In this document: piece after piece, positions 57,783 to 64,000 of the stretch
How positions within the stretch are numbered: the stretch's first letter is position 1
Layout of the letters: every line of letters begins with the position of its first letter
DNA from: an uncultured bacterium
GTDB lineage: Bacteria > Muiribacteriota > Ozemobacteria > Ozemobacterales > Ozemobacteraceae
Reading direction: 5' to 3'
Assembly (NCBI GenBank): GCA_937949615.1
Contig: CALEDQ010000018.1
Span: 12,161-76,160 of the forward strand
DNA: 64,000 nucleotides
Translations under genes and position numbers: made by a program
The notes under the pieces: model-generated
The model's database searches: none
What the model was told of the DNA's origin: nothing
What the model saw: the letters and a program-made list of their open reading frames with translations, nothing else

Positions 57783-58109
57783 ATGACTAACAACACCAAC
57801 AAATGGATGGAATTCTCAAACGAATACGCTCAGCTCATGAACGAAAATTTCCAGGTTATGAACAAATTCTGGAACGCCACCATGGAACAGACCACCGGCT
57901 ACACCAGAAAGAACATGGAACTGTTCTTCGATCACATGAACCGCAACGTAGAAGTCATGCACGAAATCTACAACAACACCATCCAGGGCAACGACGAACT
58001 GAAAGCCATCTACAAAGCCAACATCGAAAAATTCAACACCCGCTTTCAGAAAATTTATGAAGAAACCCTGAAGAATATCGCTCCGAAGACCCAGAACGCT
58101 GGTCAGTAA
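57783..58109 (+). CDS. Small (108 aa) Asn/Lys/Glu-rich helical protein, paralog A
   Basis: About 80% identical to the 60824-61150 product. AGGAG RBS. Strong terminator follows. No family recognised. Confidence 0.75.
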   Translation: MTNNTNKWMEFSNEYAQLMNENFQVMNKFWNATMEQTTGYTRKNMELFFDHMNRNVEVMHEIYNNTIQGNDELKAIYKANIEKFNTRFQKIYEETLKNIAPKTQNAGQ

Positions 58110-58146
58110 GAGTTTCGATAAACAAAGTTCCAATCAACTCCAGTGC

Positions 58147-58184
58147 GGGGGCCTGTGTCATCGACACAGGCCCCCTGTTTTTTA
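58147..58184 (+). terminator. Rho-independent terminator
   Basis: GGGGGCCTGTGTC-atc-GACACAGGCCCCC TGTTTTTT. Confidence 0.8.
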
Positions 58185-58376
58185 TTACCGGCAGCTGCAA
58201 AACCTTGAGCGCGGTATCAGGCAGGGCGCTTTCATCATCGGGCGAATGAATGATAAAAGCGCATTTGCGGCAGCAGTCGATTTTGCACTGCAATAATCAG
58301 CAGGCTGAATTTTCCGGTTGAAAAAGCACAGATTCCTGAATAACTTTGAAGATACAGTTAAAATAGAGGCGAAAAC

Positions 58377-59750
58377 ATGAAAAAGCTGCTTCTGGGTCTG
58401 CTGCTTCTCGTTGCCGGGTCCTGTCCCGGTGCCATTCCGCACCCGCGCGACTACGAATGGGGAACAATGACGGTTCTCGAGAATTATTCCTATGCAGGCA
58501 GCCAGAAAATCAGCATCTACTGGGAAAAACTCAAAGCCACCGGCGCCGCACCCGAAGCGATCGTCATGATCAATGGCGGCCCCGGCATGTCGCACGACAG
58601 CTTTCATCAACCCAATGGCACCGGTTATAACCGCGACTGGTTCTCGGCCCTGCGCACCCATTTCGACGTTTACTATTTCGATCAGCGCGGCACCGGCAAT
58701 TCAGCCGGCCTCAGCTATATAAATCTCAGCACCCGCAATTACCGCACCTACGGCACCCCCGACATCTGCCGCGACATCGAAGAACTGCGCAAAAACGTCA
58801 TCAAAAAGAAGCAGATCGCAGTGCTCGGCGAATCTTACGGCGGCGCAGTGGCACTGACCTATGCCATCATGTATCCGGCCAACGTTTCAAAGCTGATAAT
58901 TCATGATTCGACACCGAGCAATGCCTATTTCACCAATATGCACATCAACATGTCGAACGGCCTGACCGCGCTCGAAGAGGTGCTCCCAGGGGTCGAAGAG
59001 AACATGAACACCTGCATCGAAAAGTTCGACAATGGTGAAGTTTCCAACGCCTACGGCTACACCCTGACCGCTAATGACTTTCTCACACTCTGCCTGCCCT
59101 ATACCTATTCCCTCAGAGGCCAGATAATCATGGCAACAATGGCTCTACAGATCGCGCAGAATGGCCAGTCAGACATTCTCGACGCCATTCTCGCCCCGGC
59201 CAGGGAAATGGCCAGCCGGGCCACCTACAGCTCTCTGCCGGTATCTATCCTGCTGGTGCAGGGTATCGAGATGCTCGACCAGAAAGCGGTCAGCTCCGCC
59301 GCCGACAGCTCCCCCTGGACCAAAGCCTGGGCAGGTGAACGCATTTTTCAGCCCAGACTGGATTTTATGAAAGATTACAATATCACTCACTTTTCAGGCT
59401 TCAACGTCATCAGCCGCCTCGGACAAATCAAAGCACCGGCGCTCGTAATTGTCGGCGAAACCGATTTTATCTGCCCGCCGGAGTATGCCGAAGTCATGTA
59501 TGAAGGCATACCAGACTGCCGGCTGCTTAAAGTCAAAAATGCCGCCCATGGCGGTTTTATCGAACAGAATACTTTTGTCGTCGGAAAAATCCGCAACTTT
59601 CTGTTGAATCACTATCCTGGCGACGACGAACGCATCACGCCAGTCGAAGAGTTGCGCAGCCGCAGCCCCGAAGACGCTGTTCAGGTCTGGCTCGACGGCA
59701 TAACACGCCTGGGTCTGACCAGCGATTTTCTCAAAGGAACTCTTAAATAA
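58377..59750 (+). CDS. Secreted S33-type alpha/beta hydrolase (proline iminopeptidase-like)
   Basis: INGGPGMSHD and GESYGG nucleophile elbow. Signal peptide. Confidence 0.75.
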   Translation: MKKLLLGLLLLVAGSCPGAIPHPRDYEWGTMTVLENYSYAGSQKISIYWEKLKATGAAPEAIVMINGGPGMSHDSFHQPNGTGYNRDWFSALRTHFDVYYFDQRGTGNSAGLSYINLSTRNYRTYGTPDICRDIEELRKNVIKKKQIAVLGESYGGAVALTYAIMYPANVSKLIIHDSTPSNAYFTNMHINMSNGLTALEEVLPGVEENMNTCIEKFDNGEVSNAYGYTLTANDFLTLCLPYTYSLRGQIIMATMALQIAQNGQSDILDAILAPAREMASRATYSSLPVSILLVQGIEMLDQKAVSSAADSSPWTKAWAGERIFQPRLDFMKDYNITHFSGFNVISRLGQIKAPALVIVGETDFICPPEYAEVMYEGIPDCRLLKVKNAAHGGFIEQNTFVVGKIRNFLLNHYPGDDERITPVEELRSRSPEDAVQVWLDGITRLGLTSDFLKGTLK

Positions 59751-59852
59751 GTCCTGCAGAAAATGCTTCTGGCGTCGCCGCAAAAAACAGCTTGCTATTT
59801 GATTCTTTTTTAGTATCATTTAAATTAAAATGCCGCTAAAAAAGGAGCGTTT

Positions 59853-60590
59853 ATGTTCAACCTGAATCAGTCAGTCGGCGAAATCGTGGCCATTAACCCC
59901 TCTCTCTGGAAACTTTTTGAACGGTACCACATCGATTATTGCTGCCATGGCGATAAGCCACTTGCCGAAGCCTGCCGGGAAAAGGGCGTTGATCCCGCAG
60001 TCATTCTCAGCGAAATCGAAAAATTGCCAATCAGCGAAGATCAGGCGCAGACAGAACTCCTGAAGATGACACTGACCGAACTGGCCAACCATATCGAGCA
60101 AACACATCATGCCTATCTCTACCGTGAGCTTCCTGAATTGATCAGCCTGGCCGGCCGAGTTGCAGAAACACACGGCAGCAAAGACCAGCGCCTGCACCAG
60201 GTTTTACAGGGAGTTTCTTCGCTGCAGGCAGAATTGATGAATCACCTGGCAAAAGAAGAACAGATTCTTTTTCCGATGATTCGAGAACTTGAAGCCAGCA
60301 ATTCAGTATCCGCTTTTCATTGTGGTTCGGTCGGCAACCCGATCAGACAGATGCTGGTCGAACACGACGATGCCAGCGAACTGCTGCAGAATCTGCACCG
60401 CCTCACCGACAGCTATCAGACGCCGGAATGGGCCTGCCGAAGCATGCAGACCCTCTTCACCCAGCTGCAGAATCTTGAACACGATCTGCACCGCCACATT
60501 CACAAAGAAAACACCATACTTTTCCCGGCGGCCATTGCCCTCGAAGAACAAAGAAGAACCGGAAAAACCTGCGCAACAAATCACTGTTGA
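59853..60590 (+). CDS. Iron-sulfur cluster repair di-iron protein (RIC; ScdA/YtfE family)
   Basis: N-terminal ScdA_N motif GEIVAINPSLWKLFERYHIDYCCHGDKPLAEAC. Hemerythrin-like His/Glu ligands downstream. Confidence 0.8.
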   Translation: MFNLNQSVGEIVAINPSLWKLFERYHIDYCCHGDKPLAEACREKGVDPAVILSEIEKLPISEDQAQTELLKMTLTELANHIEQTHHAYLYRELPELISLAGRVAETHGSKDQRLHQVLQGVSSLQAELMNHLAKEEQILFPMIRELEASNSVSAFHCGSVGNPIRQMLVEHDDASELLQNLHRLTDSYQTPEWACRSMQTLFTQLQNLEHDLHRHIHKENTILFPAAIALEEQRRTGKTCATNHC

Positions 60591-60735
60591 ATTCTGCATA
60601 AGCAAAGCCCGGTCGGTTCGCCGGCAACGACTTTACAAGCTGAGTTCTGCCAGTTCACTGTCGCAATCCTGTGGTCTGCCAAAACCCCTGTCAGAAAAGG
60701 CTTTTCTGCATCGGCAAAAAATACAAACTTTTTTC

Positions 60736-60764
60736 TTGACGCAATGCAGCAATTTTGTTATATT
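60736..60764 (+). promoter_or_regulatory. Strong sigma70-like promoter (-35 TTGACG, 17-nt spacer, -10 TATATT) for the 60824 gene
   Basis: Paralogous to 57686-57714, including the shared downstream AACGCAGCGAT box and the GAAATCAATACTTCAA(A)CAGGAGTTT 5'UTR. Confidence 0.65.
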
Positions 60765-60823
60765 CATTTTGCAACGCAGCGATGCGGAAAATCTGAAATC
60801 AATACTTCAACAGGAGTTTTAAA

Positions 60824-61150
60824 ATGACTAACAACACTAACAAATGGATGGAATTCTCAAACGAATACGCTCAGCTCATGAACGAAAATTTTTCGGTTAT
60901 GAACAAGTTCTGGAACGCTACCCTCGAACAGCAGAGCGGCCACACCAGAAAGAACATGGAAATGTTCTTCGAACACATGAATCGCAATGCCGAAATCATG
61001 CACGAAATCTACAACAACACCATCAAGGGTAACGACGAAATGAAAGCCGTTTTCAAAACCGGCGTTGAAAAATTCAACACCCGCTTTCAGAAAATTTACG
61101 AAGAAACCATGAAAAACCTGACCCCGAAGACCCAGAAAGCCGGTCAGTAA
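60824..61150 (+). CDS. Small (108 aa) Asn/Lys/Glu-rich helical protein, paralog B
   Basis: See paralog A. Confidence 0.75.
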   Translation: MTNNTNKWMEFSNEYAQLMNENFSVMNKFWNATLEQQSGHTRKNMEMFFEHMNRNAEIMHEIYNNTIKGNDEMKAVFKTGVEKFNTRFQKIYEETMKNLTPKTQKAGQ

Positions 61151-61225
61151 GTTTCTACAATTCACTGTCAGCTGTTATACAACTTCTGACAGGGTTCCTT
61201 CTCGACAAAAAAATCAGGTGCCTTC

Positions 61226-61252
61226 AGACCCGCGCGATGCGCGGGTCTTTTG
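61226..61252 (+). terminator. Rho-independent terminator
   Basis: GACCCGCGC-gat-GCGCGGGTC TTTT. Confidence 0.6.
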
Positions 61253-61375
61253 CTGCCGCGCGCAACCTGACTGGGACTTTCTGAGAGATGAAAAAGTATG
61301 TTAAAATTGTACAGGATGATGCTGGGCACGAATAAGGCTACAGCTGTTTAACACATTGCCGCACGGGTAAAAACA

Positions 61376-62035
61376 GTGAAAATAACCAGAAACGAGCTGC
61401 CGAAAAATCCATATCAGACGAACAAAAACCCGTCTGAAGGCAGAGCTTTACCCGAAAATGCTGCCACACAAATCCCCAGCCCGGCAGCAATGCCTGAACC
61501 CTCAGACAAGACAGGCATGCAAAAAGCAGAAACTACCGGCAAAAAAGATTCCCCCGATAAAATTTCAGACAACAGCACCGACAAAGACCAGAAGAAAGAT
61601 GCAAAGGCAGCCCCGGGCAACCCGGCAAAAGAGCACGACCCCGAAGAACTGGCAGTCATCAACGAGCTGAAAAGCACCGACCGCGAGGTGCGCGCCCACG
61701 AAGCCGCGCACGTTGCCGCCGGTGGCCAGTATGTTCAGGGCGGTGCCAGCTTTGAATACAAGACCGGGCCTGACGGCAAACGCTATGCCGTTGGCGGTGA
61801 AGTGCAGATAGATACTTCAGAGGTTCCTGATGACCCGCAGGCCACCATCGAAAAAATGGAAGTCGTGAAACGGGCAGCACTGGCCCCCAAAAACCCGTCA
61901 TCCCAGGACCGCTCGGTCGCCGCAGCCGCCAACCGGGCCCAGGCACAGGCACGCATCGAGCTGCAGACCGAAAAAAGCGAAGAAAATGAAGACAGCAGCA
62001 GAAAAGCTGCCCCCAAAATCGACATCAAGGCCTGA
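61376..62035 (+). CDS. SprA-related-family-like putative metalloprotease (HEAAH motif), Lys/Asp-rich N-terminus
   Basis: REVRAHEAAHVAAGGQYVQGGASFEYKTGPDGKRYAVGGEVQID...DPQATIEKMEVVKRAALAPKNPSSQD resembles the SprA-related family (PF12118) by recollection. GTG start. Confidence 0.5.
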   Translation: MKITRNELPKNPYQTNKNPSEGRALPENAATQIPSPAAMPEPSDKTGMQKAETTGKKDSPDKISDNSTDKDQKKDAKAAPGNPAKEHDPEELAVINELKSTDREVRAHEAAHVAAGGQYVQGGASFEYKTGPDGKRYAVGGEVQIDTSEVPDDPQATIEKMEVVKRAALAPKNPSSQDRSVAAAANRAQAQARIELQTEKSEENEDSSRKAAPKIDIKA

Positions 62036-62066
62036 AAAGGCATAAGAAGACAATAAGGAGAATCGA

Positions 62067-62618
62067 ATGAGAAAACCTTTAATGGCACTGACCCTTGCCG
62101 CTTTAATTATTACTGCAGGCCTCAACGCCGCCCAGACCGGCAGATTTCTCGATTCTGAAGGCAACGTCAGAGAAAAGCCCGACAGCAAGGCGAAACTTCT
62201 CTTTTCTTCGACAGCCGGCGAAGAATTCACCGTTCTCGAACGCCAGGGCGAAAAGTGGCTGAAGATTCAGCTCAAAGATGGCCGCACCGGCTGGACCAGC
62301 GTCATCAATGTGAAACTCGATGCCGCCAGTGCCGGCGGCGAAGAGAAAAAAGCCGAACCAGCCGCACCGACAAAGCCAGAACCACAGATTCAGGCAAATC
62401 AGAATGTTTCAGACGGCAATTCTGACCTGAAAGCAGAAAACGCCCGTCTCAAAGACGAAGTAGACAGACTGCAGCAGGAAAAAATGATGATCGAAAGCAG
62501 CACCATGCAGTCACAGGCGCTCATCGACAAACTCAAGGAAGATCTGCGCAAAATGACCGCTGCAAAAGAAAAACTCGAAGCCGAAGTCCGCCAGCTCAAA
62601 CAACAGACCGGCAAATAA
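62067..62618 (+). CDS. SH3b-domain protein with C-terminal coiled coil (YgiM-like)
   Basis: Signal peptide. SH3-like FTVLERQGEKWLKIQLKDGRTGW. Coiled coil LKAENARLKDEVDRLQQEKMMIE. Confidence 0.65.
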   Translation: MRKPLMALTLAALIITAGLNAAQTGRFLDSEGNVREKPDSKAKLLFSSTAGEEFTVLERQGEKWLKIQLKDGRTGWTSVINVKLDAASAGGEEKKAEPAAPTKPEPQIQANQNVSDGNSDLKAENARLKDEVDRLQQEKMMIESSTMQSQALIDKLKEDLRKMTAAKEKLEAEVRQLKQQTGK

Positions 62619-62662
62619 ACCATTGTCTGCGGATCAGGCTGCGCCGGACAATCGGGCAGATT

Positions 62663-63955
62663 TCAGTCAATATCGACCGGGGCGATGTGCAGGTCTTCTT
62701 TTTCGAGCGGCAGAAACGGCAGCAGCAGAATGCCCGGGGTTGCCAGCACCAGAGTTGCGATAAAGAAACCGACATAACCGGTGCTCTGCTGCACATAACC
62801 GCTGGTAATACCGGCAGTCATGGCGCCAAGAGCCATCAAACCGGTCGAAATTGCGTAATGCGCGGTCGGGTATTTCGAATCCTGGGTGATGAACATCAGA
62901 TAAACCATGTAAGCCGCAAAACCAAAGCCATAGCCGAACTGGTCACAGCCAACGATCAGCGTTACCCAGATTTTGGCCGGCTGCACGGTCGCAGCCCAGA
63001 TATAGAGCAGATTCGGCACGTTCATCGCCAGCACCATCGGCCACAAAGACTTTTTGATACCGTATTTCGAAATGACCATGCCGCCGATAATCCCGCCCAG
63101 CGTCAGCGCCACGACCCCGACAACACCGGTCACGAAACCGACCTCAGAAGTGGTCATGCCCAGCCCGCCCTTTTCGACCGTATCGATAAGAAATGGGTTC
63201 GACATCTTGCTGACCATCGACTCACCAAAGCGGTAGAGAAGAATGAAGCCAAGCACGATCGGCAGCTTCGCCTGCGAAAAATATTCGACAAAAGCCTCTT
63301 TAAAGGGAAACGACTCATGCTTGTTGGCGTCTTTTCTCGGCTTCGGCATTGTCAGGTAGCCAACCACGATAAAAAAAAGGTAAACCAGCGCCGCGACGAT
63401 CAGCACGTTGCGCCACGCAAGCGGGATCAGGGCACCCGGCGCCGATTCAAAGGTTCCCGCCAGATAAATCATGCCGCCATTGCAGAAAACGTTGGCAAGT
63501 CGATACGCTGTGCCGCGTATCCCGACGAAATAAGCCTGGTCTTCTGGCGACAGGGCGAGAATGTAAAAGCCGTCGGCGGCAATATCATGGGTGGCAGAAA
63601 GAAACGCCAGAATCGTCAGAACCACAAGCGTCGGCGTCAGAAAGTTTTCCATGGTAATCGTCATCGAGACGCAGAGCATTGTGATAATGCCGAGTATCTG
63701 TGTACCGACGATCCATTTGCGTTTCGTCGAGGTCGATTCAACCAATGGGCCCCAGAGCATTTTGAGAATCCAGGGCCAGGTGATCAGGCTTGTCCAGAGA
63801 CCGATTTCGGCATTAGAAATGCCGAGGCGCTTGAACATGGTCACCGAAACAGTGCTGACGATAAAATAAGGTATGCCTTCGAGAAAAAACAGCGACGGCA
63901 CAAAGAGCCAGGGGTTACCGGTGGTTTTCTTTTCTGCAACGGATCCGTTTTCCAT
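62663..63955 (-). CDS. ampG: AmpG-family MFS permease (muropeptide/lysophospholipid-transporter type)
   Basis: N-terminus NPWLFVPSLFFLEGIPYFIVSTVSVTMFKRLGISNAEIGLWTSLITWPWILKMLWGPLVE matches the AmpG/LplT subfamily. Confidence 0.7.
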   Translation of the reverse strand: MENGSVAEKKTTGNPWLFVPSLFFLEGIPYFIVSTVSVTMFKRLGISNAEIGLWTSLITWPWILKMLWGPLVESTSTKRKWIVGTQILGIITMLCVSMTITMENFLTPTLVVLTILAFLSATHDIAADGFYILALSPEDQAYFVGIRGTAYRLANVFCNGGMIYLAGTFESAPGALIPLAWRNVLIVAALVYLFFIVVGYLTMPKPRKDANKHESFPFKEAFVEYFSQAKLPIVLGFILLYRFGESMVSKMSNPFLIDTVEKGGLGMTTSEVGFVTGVVGVVALTLGGIIGGMVISKYGIKKSLWPMVLAMNVPNLLYIWAATVQPAKIWVTLIVGCDQFGYGFGFAAYMVYLMFITQDSKYPTAHYAISTGLMALGAMTAGITSGYVQQSTGYVGFFIATLVLATPGILLLPFLPLEKEDLHIAPVDID

Positions 63956-64000
63956 ATGTTTCTGCTTTCCTGTAATCTGTTGTCAAACAAAGCGGTTATG

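Noticed and set aside
58185-58661. 158-aa minus-strand ORF
   Set aside because: It overlaps the terminator and the start of the S33 hydrolase gene, with no RBS.
60844-61165. Alternative-frame and antisense ORFs over the small paralog genes
   Set aside because: The +1 frame ORFs (57803, 60844) and antisense ORFs (57816-58133, 60857-61165) all lack an RBS, whereas the annotated frame has AGGAG and conserved protein sequence between the paralogs.
1-64000. CRISPR arrays, rRNA and tRNA genes
   Set aside because: I found no short regularly spaced repeats, rRNA-like segments or cloverleaf-like tRNA signatures (GTTCGA/T-loop contexts) in the intergenic regions I read through. This is a by-eye judgement and needs tRNAscan/CRISPR-finder confirmation.

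Overview
64 kb window from a Gram-negative genome (inference from many Sec/lipoprotein signal peptides, OmpA, AmpG, pseudopilins; GC about 50% with clear AT-rich patches). The first 11 kb is a defence/accessory island. It holds a complete Type I restriction-modification (RM) operon (hsdR, hsdM, a small winged helix-turn-helix (wHTH) ORF, hsdS), a DUF559-domain protein and two tandem paralogous Pol-beta-type nucleotidyltransferases (NTases). These are followed by a three-Cys-motif partner (TcmP) plus Gp37/Gp68 (DUF5131) gene pair. The RM+NTase cassette is bracketed by two copies of a roughly 190-bp direct repeat. Each copy carries a conserved sigma70-like promoter and leader, and each sits immediately upstream of hsdR or tcmP. 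I consider the TcmP/DUF5131 pair and the DUF559+NTase pair under this duplicated promoter-leader the best candidates for an undescribed system. The rest of the window encodes a bacterial serpin, a P-loop kinase-like protein, a secreted two-HKD phospholipase D and a divergent 1340-aa membrane-anchored protein. There is a large block of secreted hydrolases (M1-like, alpha/beta hydrolases, M60-like) and small secreted proteins ending in a leucine-rich-repeat (LRR) protein. Two tandem membrane class III nucleotidyl cyclases follow, then a B12-type radical SAM, a MarR/OhrR-like regulator with a Cys-type glutathione peroxidase, and a GapN-like aldehyde dehydrogenase. Next come a pseudopilin/OmpA operon, an MFS transporter + radical SAM/SPASM + S9 peptidase cluster, and an SH3b-C39 peptidase. 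Two paralogous 108-aa Asn/Lys-rich proteins with near-identical promoters follow, then a repair-of-iron-centres (RIC) protein, a SprA-related HEAAH protein and an AmpG-family permease. No CRISPR array, rRNA or tRNA was recognised by eye.
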